Below are positions 22,419 through 34,844 of a stretch of 64,000 nucleotides of DNA, in pieces. The first letter of the stretch is position 1; each line of letters starts with the position of its first letter. Made by a program: the position numbers and the translations under genes. The notes beneath the pieces are model-generated. The model saw only the letters and a program-made list of their open reading frames with translations. It ran no database searches and was not told the origin of the DNA. Origin of the DNA: Azolla caroliniana (Eukaryota; Plantae; Polypodiophyta); assembly GCA_043228905.1 (NCBI GenBank), contig JBHGNT010000013.1:7812001-7876000 (forward strand), read 5' to 3'.

Positions 22419-25400
22419 TTCTTTGTATTACTTTTTAAGTTTCTTAATATGAATTAGTTTTTAGTCTATTTCTCTCTCTAAACTTTGTACATATCTCTCT
22501 CTCTCTCTCTCTCTCTCTCTATAATTCTCACTCCTAATCTCACATTCACCCATCGATTGTATACCGTTCGCACTCCTTGTATTGACCTCATGGTGTAGAA
22601 CTCACAGCACGTAATACAGAGCACGCGCTACGGCGCAAAAAGAAGCATGTGCTACGGCGTGAAAAGAAGCACGCGCTACAATGGAATACGAAGCATGCAC
22701 TACGGCGTAATACGATGCATGCACTACGATGGAATACAAAGCATGCGCTACGGCGTAATACGACGCATGCGCAACAGCGAGAAATAAAGCATACATTAAA
22801 GCCGCACAAGGACCTAACAACGAGCGCATATTCAAAGGTCGACATCGACACGTGGGTAGAACCTACGGAAGACAAGCGCGGAGCAGAGAGAGACAACACA
22901 CCGAGATGCTCAAGAGGACCACAAGGGACCATGACAACCACTCATGGCAATGCAAAGAATGAACAAAGACTATGGTGGATCGGATGTCGACAATGGTTCA
23001 GGTGGAAAGAATGGATGTGCTCAAAATGGAGAGACAAAGCTGACATAGCGAGAGAAACGAAGGGTACAACAAGTAACGAAGAATTACGAGGGCTGCTAAC
23101 CGGAGACTAGACAGAGCCGGCAACCGAACTGAACCGGAAACCGGGCGGAGTCGGCAACCAAAAACCGGAGACCGAACAAGGCCGGCAACCAAAAATGACC
23201 GGCGACGAAACCAACCATGCGGAGAACGAACGGACGAGACTAACAATCACCGACAACTTCGGCACATACCGGAGGATGTGCGGGCTCGGAGGGGGCGAGT
23301 GTCGTAGTGTATTTCGTACACTATGTGAAAAACTTATAAAATACCGATTTAATAAATATGAATAAATAGTAGAAAATATTAAAATATATATAACATGCAT
23401 AGGGCAAGATTCAAACCTTGCACCTCCATGTTAATAATGTAATGTCTTACCATTACACTATCATTTCATTAGTTTTAAAAAATAGATGTCCCACATAGAA
23501 AGTGAAGTTCACGTAGGATAAACTTTAGTTAAAAGAAAAAAACGCATGCTAAAAGAAAAAGATACGCATGCATATCTAGCGTGTATGAACGCTATAGTTT
23601 ATAAAAAATGCACAAGTTAGAAAAAGCATGATCACTTTAGATAAAGCATATAGTCTATCTATAGAAAAAGCATGGAGTCTATAGTTAAAGGAAACGCATG
23701 GGTTGGAAAAGACTCTCTCATCTCTATATAAGGATGAGGAGCACAATGTAAAAGGGGTGTGAAATACTTGGAAACTGGATATGTTTCTAAAAAACACCAA
23801 TTAATAAACTATACTCGTGGGATTCACGAGGATTCTATATCATTCTCTTTCAACCCAAATTTATATTCTTATATTCATATTGATTAATCTAATACAATAC
23901 ACTCGTGGGATTCACGAGTTTGCTATAACTCTTTCTTACAACATGTTTATATTCTTATTAGCCTTAAAACTCTCCTCGTCCTAGTCCAAAACCCTAGCGG
24001 TTTCCACCTGACTCACGCAAACGATCTGACGCCGAAAGGCACGACAACGTTGGCTGATCAATATGCCTTCGGTGGTACGGATCACTTCGATCCCAAGGAA
24101 GTAGTGAATGTCCCCCAGATCCTTCATGTCGAATGATGCCGCAAGCTAGAGCTTCACGTGGTCAATCTCACCTAGGTCGGCGTTGTTGATGACCAAGTCA
24201 TCAACATAAAGTAAAACACTAACCAGTCCGAGTCGACCTTTCCAGATGAATAGTGAGGAGTCTGATTTTGACGTTGCAAAGCCCATCCGACGCAATCGTT
24301 GCGTGATCTTCGCCTTCCAGGCACGCGGGGCTTCCTTTAGTCCGTAAAGGGATTTCATCAATCGGCACACCGCCAAAGTGCTCGTTCCGGAGTGAAATCT
24401 GGGGGGTTGTACCATGTACACCTGTTCCTCAAGCTCATCTTGCAGTAACACATTCTTTACATCCATTTGATGTAAGTGCCACCCCTTTGCCGCAGCTACC
24501 GCGAGCAAAACACGGACGGTCGTCATCTTCGCGACCGGTGCGAACGTCTCATCGTAGTCAATGTCATGTTTCTGCGCTTAACTTTTCGCTACTATCCGGG
24601 CCTTGTATCGGTCGACCGAGCCGTTAGTGTTATAGTTGACCTTGTACACCCACCTACATCCGATCGGCTTCACACCTTTCGGTGCATCAACTAGGTCCGA
24701 GGTTTCATTCTCTACCAATGCGCGCATCTCTTCCTCCATTGCGGCACGCCAATTCGCGTCTTTCGCCACTCCTGCGTAGCTCTCCGGCTCACGCACTTCC
24801 ACTACTCGCATCATGTACGCATAATGGTGCGTCATGTACTCATTATACCCGTATCTCTTTACGGGGTTCTTGAGGCGGGTAGATCAGCGTAATTCGTGAT
24901 TACCCGATTTCGTGACCTTTTCGGCTGATTTCGACCTCTTTTGTAGAGGTTCCTTCTCGACTGGCTCGAGGTTAGATTCACTTCAAACTGACTCGGCATT
25001 ACCGAAATCGTATTCCGGCATTTTCTTCTTGCCCTTCTCCTTATACGTAAGCCGTCTCCTCGGTTCTTTACACGGGGACATCACGGCCGAGTCTCCACTG
25101 CTCGCCGTCTCATCATTTGGTTGGCTAGCTCGGCCCAACCCTTCATTAGGCCCACTTAGTCGGACTGAAATCATCGATGAAGGTTACAAAGTAACGGCTT
25201 CCACCGAGACTCATGTTCCATGTCGGACCCCACACATCCGAATGGATCAAATCGAGCTGATTACAGCTCCGATTGCGCTCATTAGGGAATGGAAGTCGGT
25301 GTTGTTTTCCCATCTGACAGGCTTCACAGACTTGGCCATTCCGGCCACGAAATTTCAGCAACCCGAAAACAATGTTCTTCTTCTGCATTTCACGAAGCTG

Positions 25401-27710
25401 TGGGAAATTTACGTGTCTGAACCACTTGTGCTAAATGTCGATATCCAATTCGACTTTTTGTCCTTTCGCGTACAACACGGTTCTGGCTTGATTAGTGACG
25501 AGGATAAACATCCTCCCTTCACGGCGCCCTTGCACGATTACTATGCCTTCCTCTTCTATGAAGCAGCCGAGGTGCGTGAATCGAACTTGCATACCTTGGT
25601 CGACGATCTGACCGACCGACACCAAGTTCTTCGTTATTGTTGGGACGTACAACACGTTCATAAGCTTCCCCTTCTGCCCGACGTGGCTGAGGAGAACTTC
25701 ACTGACATGTTCGATGGTATGCGGGGTGTCATCTCCCGTTTTGACAACCCCTCGTAATTCCGGCTTCTCCAAGTACGAGAACCATTCCTCGTGACTCGTC
25801 ATATCATTTGACGCTCCGGAACTTTGTCCGAGTCGGCTTGTTTCTTCCAGCACTCGCTCTCCCTGTGGCCTTTCTTGCCACAGTACCAGCATTCCGACGC
25901 GGTCTTCTCTTGCCGTCTTTCGGCGCCGCCATGACTCCCCCTGCTTGCGGAGGGTTCGGAATTGCTTCTGGCATCTCGATTATGCCGTACATTTTGCTCT
26001 TTTTGGCTGCCTCCATTGTGCGCCGATCCACCACGACCACGGGGCCTATCATCCTCCGTGTAAAGCATCTTTCCATCGGCGTGCGCACTCATCGACACAC
26101 CCATGTGGTTTTCTTCTACGAGCAACATTGACTGCAGCTCGAAAAATGAAGGTGTAATCTCCCTCATGCAGACCACCGTTCGGAAATGTCCGAACTTTGA
26201 TGCCAAGCCACCAAGACAAACCTGCACCATTTCATCTTCCTCGACATTCACATTGATGAAGGCGAGAGAGTCGCAGATTTCTTTGATCTTGATGGTGTAA
26301 TCAGCCACCAACATATCTCTTTGTCGTACATTGTTGAGCTCCTGTCTGAGCTGTAGCTTTCTGGCCGTTGTGCTGGCGGCGAAAATCCTTTTGAGATTCG
26401 CCCACGCGTCCTTCTATGTCTTGGCATCCCGAATATAGCTCAAAAGCTGATCGCTCACACAGGACACAAAGCAGTACAACACTTTGCTTGCTGCTTGTTC
26501 CCAAGCCGGATAGTCCGTGTGTGTCGAGTTGGGTGCCACATCGTTTGCTCCTTCAACATAACTTCAGTAGCCATGGCCAAGCAGGTACTGGTGCATCTTG
26601 TAAGACCAAGATGCATAGTTGCTTCTGTCAAGCTTTTCAGTCGGAAGTGAGCTTCCCATTCCTCGGTCCATATTGTTGTCTTTTTCTTCTCCGAAAGTGA
26701 ACAACTTCAACTCTGTTTCATCACAAACTTTTCTTGTCGGCTGCAGAGGACTTCAACCCTCGCGCTCTGATACCATGTAAAAGAATATGTTGTGCGAAAG
26801 CGTATGCGAAACACAGAGTACACAGTTCGAAGGAACAAGACTGTTTGGTAAAACATAGAAGACGCAGAGAGGGAGATGGAGAGGGAGAGACAGAGAGAGA
26901 GAGAATACACAGAAACTCAATTCAAATAATACTCATTCTATACATACACCGTGCTCAGTGAGCACCTTTTATACAAACCCTGACAATAGGGCTGACACAA
27001 GTACTGATAGTACTTGACTGCTCATAAATGAGCCTACTACACAAACTCCCAAAATTATTCCCTTACGAGGAATATCTTTCTAACGGCCTCGTGCTTTACG
27101 CACCGCTACGGCCTGTTGTGCGCATGGTTTTACGCACCCAGTTTACGCACTGGGTTACACACCCAATTACGCAGCGAATGTTGAGGTTGTCTCTCAACAG
27201 TGATGAATAAAGAGGAGCCGGTGAGAACCGGAAGAGATCCGGAAACCGGAGGAAACCTGGTGAGAACCAGAAGAGAGCCGGTGAGAACCGGAAGAGAAGA
27301 CATATCTGTATATATGTTTTGAGTAAGCCTATTGAGGCTATATTTGTAAATAACCCTAAGTTCACATAAGTATAAATATGACTTAGGGCAATCACTTTGT
27401 AATGTGGTTGTTATTGTCATATTGTAGCATAAAGAGAGTGATAGAGAGAGTGTGTGAGATACAGAGATACTCTATTGTAACCGCGAGGTTAGCAAAGATA
27501 TAGAGCTCAAAGTTGTTGCCTCTAAGGCTCTGATTGTACCTTTCTCCTATAGTGATAGTTGGAGTCCGTGGGCTCCCGTGGTTTTTCCCTATATGGGTTT
27601 TCCACGTAAACATCCTGTGTATTTCCTTTGTGTACTTGCCACTTCCCATTTTTGTGTTTGATTCTTATCAAAGTGATTCATTACTCGGTTGTGGCCGAGC
27701 TATATTCTGT

Positions 27711-30700
27711 TGTCGTGAAGATTCCGGGCCATCGGTAGAAAGAATGTGAAACGCGCGGGAGCACTGGTGTGCATGAGTGCATACCCGTAGTGAATTAGAT
27801 AGTGTAAGTACTAGGCATAGGGAAAAAGGAGGTGTACTAGGTAGTTAAAGCATTAATAGGGATTAAGACATCGCGTAAGTAGGGAGAGTTACGAGGAGAG
27901 CGAATTAGGGAGGGAGAATTTAGGAAGTTAAATCGACAAGGCCATGAATGCTCTGTAACGGTCGATCCTTGTGCTATAAAAGGGGTGACCCTCGACTGTT
28001 TTTGGGGATGTCAATTCTAGAGGGAGGAGAAAGGAAACAGAGAGAAAAAAAGACGAGTCCTACGACGTGCCACCGGAAGGTGCTTCCCCTGCTCGCGTTA
28101 GACGCCCGAGTGCTCCCGACCAAGGGATCGACCTTCTGTGTGCCCACTCATCTCCGTATCTGACTACTGTAGAGCCTACGCTCGAACACCGGCACTAATC
28201 CGGTTGTAATCACCCATAGCGCCACGCGCATATTTTGATAAATAAAAGCTTATCCACCGAACGCAAGTTATTCTTAACATATCTGTCTGCACCTTTGTCT
28301 CCGCACGTTCCTCTTACACTATCTCTTTCTCGTTTCGCTAATCTCTTCTGTTTAAACCACGGTCTCAGAGCTCACGTAAACCACAAACTCTTCCTCCTCA
28401 CTTCTCGATTCCTTGGTTCAAAACCCTCGTGGTCCTGCCCAACTACTACACATCCAAGAGAATTTCCCCCACATATTTGGTGCACCCGACATGAAGAAGG
28501 GCGGCAAAGGAATCTGAAAATGAGAGGGAGTGAACTTGCAGAAGCAATGGCGGTGGCGGTAGACCTCCTGGTTAGCGCTCGCGAGGGTGCGAGTGCCCTC
28601 GACAGGGCCATAGAAGCAACGATTAACAAGATAGGTTGGTTCAGTGGGAAAGACGCCACGAGTTATTTAGAGGCCGACAAATATGAAATGCAGATGAGGA
28701 ATAGACCCGAGGATAGACGGCTGACAGGATTTCCCCGGGTCGTGACACCACACATCCATGCAGAGATGACCGAAATACAAGCGGGTTGTCGTGCTTGGGC
28801 AGAGTTTGCGGAGGACATTCTCAAAAGATACAGCTATGACGACTCGCTCCGGCTATCGAGAACGGACTTTATGGATTGGGTCAACAACCCCAACAAGGGT
28901 CAGAATGCTTCGGCGCTCCTCCAGGAGTTCGCGTCACGATTCGCACAACTCTCTAGATTGGACCGAACCGTGCTCGAAACGAGCAAAGTCCTATTTTTTG
29001 TCACATCGTTCGACTCGCGCGTCCGGGAAAACGTGGATCTTCTTCTTGAAACCAACCGCGGTCTCACGACTAACTGGGCGACCGTCAAAAGAAGTATGCG
29101 GTAGGATTGACAAACGCCGAGATTGGAAAGAAAGGGGGTCCTCGCCAGCCGGACCGGCTATCGAAACCAAAGCCAAGCCGATGCCGAGCCGAATGGAAGA
29201 AACGAGGAAGTGGCTCAAGCTAGGCCCACCCTCGACAAACGTAGTCGCGGGACTTGGAGGCAGCGCAGGACTAGAAGAACTGACAAGGATGGTGCGCGAC
29301 CTCCAGATCGCCCAGGCCCGGCGAAGCGACGAGGGTCAGCCGCGCCACCGATGACCGCCGGCCAATCAGAGGTGCATATGGTGCGACGCCACCGCACATT
29401 CCCCGAGAGATTGCGCTGACCTCGGTGAAGCACTCAGAAGTAATGTAGTCTATTTCTCGAATGGCAGGATATATGCGAGCGACACACGAAGATTGCTTGA
29501 CGCGAATTTCGGACGAGGTGGCATGAAGAGGCTAATGGAAGAAGCCGCGGTACGGCACGTCGAAGCCGTCCACTACTCGACTTCGGCCGGCATCCACGTA
29601 GGCGAAAAGGCGGCCAAACCCGATTCAAACCCTAGGTTCTAGCCGGTTATTCTCGAGACCTTGTCCGGAGGAAGGTTGCAGAATGGAGAAGCAGAGCGCG
29701 TGGAGGAGAGTGTGCACGAAGTTACCGGCTAGAGCGACCCCGTCGAGTAGAGCACCGGCTTTGTGGAGGCCGTGTGCAGGAACTACGAGGCCCTGATCGA
29801 CGAAAGGTGAGCGGAGAAAACCAGGGCAGCAGGCCCTTCGGGAGGTATGAAACCCGAAGCACGCTGAAGGGCACAATGCCATTCCGACCGGGTCCTAGGA
29901 GAAGGAGAAGGGCAGGACTCTGAGCTTCCGTTTAAGCTCGGAAATTGAGAAAACAACGAACCTACAGAAGGTTCTAGAGGAGCGAATTCTCCACAGTCGC
30001 ATAGAACACACATTTAGGGAAGTGCTTGGCATAACCAGAAGGGAATTCCACGACAACATCGTGGACCTCGTTAAGAGAAAGCATCTCGCGACAGAACCAG
30101 AGCCCGAGAAGCCGGTTGAGGTAAGGATGGCACTCCTCGACGAGATGGCCGCAGAAGACGAGCTTGCGGAAAGCCACTACACCAAGCCGCACTGGGCAAG
30201 AGCGACTACAGAAACCCATGTTCGTATCGGGGACGTGAAGGAATTGGTGGTAGCATTAATCGACCACGAGTCGGAAATTAACCTGATGTCCATGGACTTC
30301 TACAGAAAGGGGAATTGGCCGATCAACATGGGTGGAAGATACGCGCGGCTACACGAGCCATGGAAGAACTACACGAGGCTTGCCCGAACGTCAGGGTGAG
30401 CATTGGAGACGTTGATATAAACCAACATTTTTTCGTGCAAGAGACGTCCTCCCACCCGGTCATCCTTGGCGAACCATACATCACGGCGGCAAGAATGGAG
30501 ACGAAAGTGTTGGACAATGGTTCAGCCTATGCGAGGGTAAAAAGTCAAGACGGCCGTCACTCCGTCCAATTTTTGACCGTTCGGAAGAATCACGAGTGGA
30601 ACTGGGACACCCTCGGAAATAACGACAGGGCGGATTTTGTTCCCCGCACCTGTAAAATAAGAAGGAAGGTTTTGTTCTCCGACAACGGGGGATGTACCAT

Positions 30701-33700
30701 AGCCAGCATCAGTGGCCGAGAAAGAAAACGGGCCGAGATACGCTTAAAGGCATGTGGAGCCTTGAGTCACGATGAAGGAATTGGGGAAGCCATGGAGGCG
30801 GTCTCGTTCAATGACACCCTTGGAGAAATCGGGAAGGTAGTCGAAGGAGGCCTAAGAGAAGACCGAGTCATACCGGTCAACTCGGTCGACATGTATGAAA
30901 TCATTGCGGACTTCTAAAGATAAACCAGGGCGCATCGGATCGCCCGAGTAGACATCAAGTACAAGACTGTGGACAGGAAGGTGAAGCCCGTCGTGGCTCC
31001 CTTACCGGAGGGCAGCTGGGAACGAATAAAGGAGGTCGTTACCATCCTAAGCTTGCAAGATTCGGCCAGCATAGGACACCGTTTCACTGACAAAACGCTA
31101 CGAGAACTGAAGATCGGTGGGGGTGGCTTCCTACTGCCGGTAGAAGGGGACCGGTTCAGAAGGATGCTCGAGAGGCACGGGAAAGCCTTCGCATTCTCCC
31201 CTAGAGAGATCGGGTGCGTCAACCCGACCATTGTCAAACCAATGGTGATCTTTACCGTGCCACACGTGCCATGGAGTCTCAAACCAATTCAAGTACCAAG
31301 AGCTCACATGCCAATGATGGAGCTTCTTAAGCAGAAGGTGGAGTTGGGCATCCTCAAACCATCGAGTGCCCCTTACTCTAACCGGTGGTTTACAGTACCA
31401 AAGAAGAACGGTACGTTGCGCTTCATCCAGGGCTTACAACCGGTCAATAAGGTGACCATCTGCAATACGGGAGTTGGACCGTCGATCAATGAGTTCGCAG
31501 AAGCCTTCGCCGAAAGGTCCATATACTCAGTCGGAGACCTTTACTCGGGGTACGACCAGTTCCAGCTGGCCGTGGAAAGCAGGGACATCACTACAATGCA
31601 AACCCCTCTCAGCCTAGTTCGAATGTGTACCCTACCACAGGGAGAGACCAACTCGGTGGCACACATGGTGAATGCAATGAACAAAGTCCTACGGGACTGC
31701 ATTCTGGACATCACCATGCCTTTCCTGGACGACATCCCTATCAAGGGGTGTCCGGAGGACACCAAGGATGAATCGATCGGGGCGGACGGTTGCCGAAGGT
31801 TTGTCACCGACCATATCTCCGACTGCTCGAAGACGCGCGGCTTACCTTCTCGGGAGAAAAGTCAGCCTTCGGACAGCTAGAGATCTTAGTGGTGGGCCGT
31901 CTATGCGGGTCGTACGGCCGGAAGCCATCGCCAACCAAGGTAGAGGCCATCTCAGCAATAAAGGAGGAGTGCGGATCCATCACAGAGGTCCGGCGATTCT
32001 TAGGAGCATGCGCCTTCTACCACAGATGGATCCCTCATTATGCGCACGTCTCTAAACCACTTTACGGCTTGCTCAAGAAGAGTAGGAAATTTGAATGGAG
32101 AAAGGAACATACTGAGGCGGTCCGAAGGCTAAAACGAACGCTCACCGTGGCACCAACTTTACGCAAAGCAGAATACACACCGGGAACTCCGGTCTACATC
32201 ACGGTAGACACCAGCCCAACAGGGATCGGATGGGTCGTGAATCAAGAGGACGAAGACGGCACGCACTTCCCTATCTGGTTCGGTGCGAAGATACTGAGTG
32301 AGCGACAACGAGGGTACGCCCAAGTCAAGCGAGAGCTATGGGGTATCGTTTCAGTAGTTAAGGTCGACAAAGACTACCTAAACAGGTCAGAAGTGATTAT
32401 AGAAACGGACTACCTGCCGATTCTCGGTATGGTCTCCGGATGCGCAACTCCCCACCTGGCCATGCTCAGGTGGATTGCGTACATCAAGTCCCTGAACCCG
32501 GAGATATGACACATCTCGGGTAAGGACAACGCCATGGCCGATATGCTTTCCAGAGCAAGGTTCGAGGATGAGGATGGCATGGTAATGGAGAACGAAGAAG
32601 TCAGTGCGGACTTCTTCGAATCAGCAAGGATGAGGATAAAAGGGCGAGAGGCTCCACCCCTGAACGAGTTCGACAAAGACGACTACAACAGGGAATGGCT
32701 TCTAATCAGAAGGTTTCTAAAAACAATGACGGTGGACGCCTCGATGACTAGGGAGGAAGCGGGACAGCTCTGAAAAAGGGCATACCGATACTTCCTACGG
32801 AACGGGAAGATCTGGAGGGTCCCAAAGAAGCGGAACGACGCGCCGCTCCGGGTAGTAGCGCGGGCAGATGATCAAGAGAAGCTAATATCGGAGTTGCACG
32901 AAAGCACTTGGTCTGGACACCGGGGTACATGGGCCACATTCGAGATGATAAAGGAGAAATACCGGTGGTCGGGTATATATGAGAGCGTGCACGACTTCGT
33001 GTCCATGTGCGAAAGCTTCCAAATGCACTCGGTGGTTCGACACCGCGACGAGCTGCACCCAACATACCCCCCCCCGGCCGTGCACTTCAAATGGATGGTC
33101 GACTTAGTAACCATGCCGATGGGAGAGGGTCAGAAGCGATACCTGGTGCTGGCTAGAGAAGACCTAACGAACCAAGTAAAGGGTCGAGAACTAACTAACA
33201 AGACCACCACCGCAATATGTAAGTTTCTGATCAAAGATTTCATATGCCGATACGGGTGCGTCGGAAAAATCGTGGTTGACCGAGGAGAGTTAGACGCGGA
33301 AGAGGCCGAAGAACTGTTCAATCGGCTAGGCGTAAAATTGTCCCTCACGATGGCGTACAACCCGGAGGCAAATGGAAAGATAGAGCGGGGCCACAGTCCG
33401 ATCGTAAAGGCCATTGTACGCGCGTGCAAAGGGCGAGGCGGTGACTAGCTGAGGTTCCTCCCTTACGCGCTATGAGCGGACTGGACTACCCACAATTCGG
33501 TGACAAGGTACATGCCAATGGAACTAATGTTTGCACAGAAACCCATCATGCCAGTAGAACTAATGATCGCCTCGTGGACGGCGATCGATTGGGCCAACAA
33601 AATGAGCCGAGAAGATTTGCTTGCGGCCTGGATCCGGCAACTCGAGCGAAGGCTAGAAGACATGTAGCGGGCCACGACAAGGGTGAAAAAAGCGAAAATC

Positions 33701-34844
33701 CGTAGCAAGGCCCAGTTCGACCGGACACACTGGCTCCGGCCAAGGAAGATCGAGGAAGACGATTGGGTGTTAGTCTACAATAGCAGCCTCGACAACCAGC
33801 ATAGGTCTATGCGTAAGTTCGCAAAGCAATGGTTCGGTCCATATGTGGTAATCGGCGTCAACGATAACGCGACGTATCATCTCGCGGAGCTTGACGGGAC
33901 CCGAATGACGACTCTAGTGGCCAGGAAGCAGATAAAAGGCCTTCAAAAGGCGGAGCGAGGCAGACTCTGCATTTTGTCCCAAATATATAATCTTTTGTAC
34001 AAAGCTAAGGCTTTCTTTGGATTTCTAAATTTGACATAGTCATGGATAAGGGAGTCAAAAGAAAAATTGTTATTACGGTCTAGCACGTTACTGGGAGATT
34101 GGAAAAGGTGTTTACCAAGTAACTCATGTGATTGTATACCAAATCTCTTCAAGTAGGCATAGAGACACAGTGGATGGACTTCTCTTCTGCATTGTTTAAT
34201 GGTGCAGATGAACAAGAGGACGTGGATGGAAGATTGAGGAAGCATCTTTCAGCTACTCTTCTAAATCAAAATTCAATCATCATCATATTCTCCTTCGTCT
34301 TCTTCTTCCTCTTCCTCTTCCTCTTCTTCTTGTTGGACCTTGCATGAACCATACCAAAGGATAGGTACACAGGAAATAACAGACGGAGGTCGGCCATGGA
34401 AGCTTGGATCGCTGAGAGAGATCACAATCCATTTGAAAAAGGGTCAGCAGGAAGATTCGGATCGATTGCAACAATAAAATCATTAAAGTTAATCATTTCA
34501 TTAAAATCATTCAACTATCCGTGACACTTTCTTTACTCTGGCCATTCATGTATGGGTCGCCAAAAGGCCACACATTTCATTATTATTCATATAGTACACA
34601 TATTTATTACCAGACCCAGGAGCCGAAAGGACCAGTTCAGAAGGGGAGAACGAGTATGTGCGGTTTAGTGGGGGTGGATGTCGTGAAGATTCCGGGCCAT
34701 TGGTAGAAAGAATGTGAAATGCGCGGGAGCACTGGTGTGCACGAGTGTACCCCCCTAGTGAATTAGATAGTGTAAGTACTAGGCATAGGGGAAAAGGAGG
34801 TGTACTAGGTAGTTAAAGCATTAATAGGGATTCAGACATCGCGT
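27711..34844 (+). mobile_element. Degenerate Ty3/gypsy element (same pol lineage as 10630-15960, different LTR); 5' LTR 27711-~28473, 3' LTR from 34679 interrupted at 34845
   Basis: Both LTRs begin TGTCGTGAAGATTCC; PBS-like TGGTGCACCCGACATGAA 28478-28495; gag, LIDHESEINLM, LPQGETNSVAH/PFLDDIPIKG, RNase H, integrase (WMVDLV...YNPEANGKIER, WFGPY); PPT TTTAGTGGGGGTGGA. Confidence 0.92.
33961..34611 (-). pseudogene. Host-gene-like insert with a PPR-like fragment between integrase and PPT (boundaries approximate)
   Basis: ORF 33943..34245 (-): LYAYLKRFGIQSHELLGKHL...VLDRNNNFSFDSLIHDYVKFRNPKKALALYKR resembles PPR motifs (xWNSLIxGYVKxGxPxxALxLY); AT-richer than the flanking TE. Confidence 0.55.

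Larger units (their letters stand above)
20362..22606 (+). mobile_element. Non-coding hammerhead-ribozyme element (Penelope-like pseudo-LTR / retrozyme-like), direct repeats ~20360-20778 and ~22183-22606
   Basis: Near-identical ~420-bp direct repeats, each with (CT)n(CA)n, TATATAAA and a hammerhead; interrupts the host gag between codons GGT GAA | GCA CGT with no TSD; no TG..CA, PBS, PPT or long ORF. Confidence 0.8.
18512..24046 (+). mobile_element. Non-autonomous gag-only (TR-GAG-like) LTR element; LTRs 18512-19302 and 23300-24046
   Basis: TGTCG...CGACA termini; 4-bp TSD ACGT (18508-18511, 24047-24050); PBS TGGTGAACCCGACGTGAA 19307-19324; PPT GGAGGGGGCGAG; gag-like ORF homologous to 43259-45217 but with stops; no pol. 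Confidence 0.93.
16727..27199 (-). mobile_element. Ty1/copia element with both LTRs (3' 16727-17154, 5' 26776-27199), PBS tRNA-iMet, internal deletions
   Basis: TSD GTGAT at 16722-16726 and 27200-27204; PBS TGGTATCAGAGC 26764-26775; PPT 17155-17164; gag with CWYCGKKGHRESEC, RT LLYVDDLVI, RNase H; integrase core deleted near 25172. Confidence 0.95.
16689..27710 (+). mobile_element. 3' LTR of the Tnt1-like copia, split by a nested copia (16689-16726 plus 27205-27710) and cut again at 27711
   Basis: Purine-rich AGAGTGAATGGGGAAAT precedes TGTTGGG at 16689; Tnt1/Tork-type motif CCCGTGGTTTTT...GGGTTTTCCACGT near 27575-27606; AGCCGGTGAGAACCGG repeats at 27216-27295. Confidence 0.75.

Noticed and set aside
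20362-22606. Classical plant LTR retrozyme or TRIM
   Set aside because: Repeats lack TG..CA ends, there is no PBS, PPT or TSD, and the ribozyme is type I rather than type III
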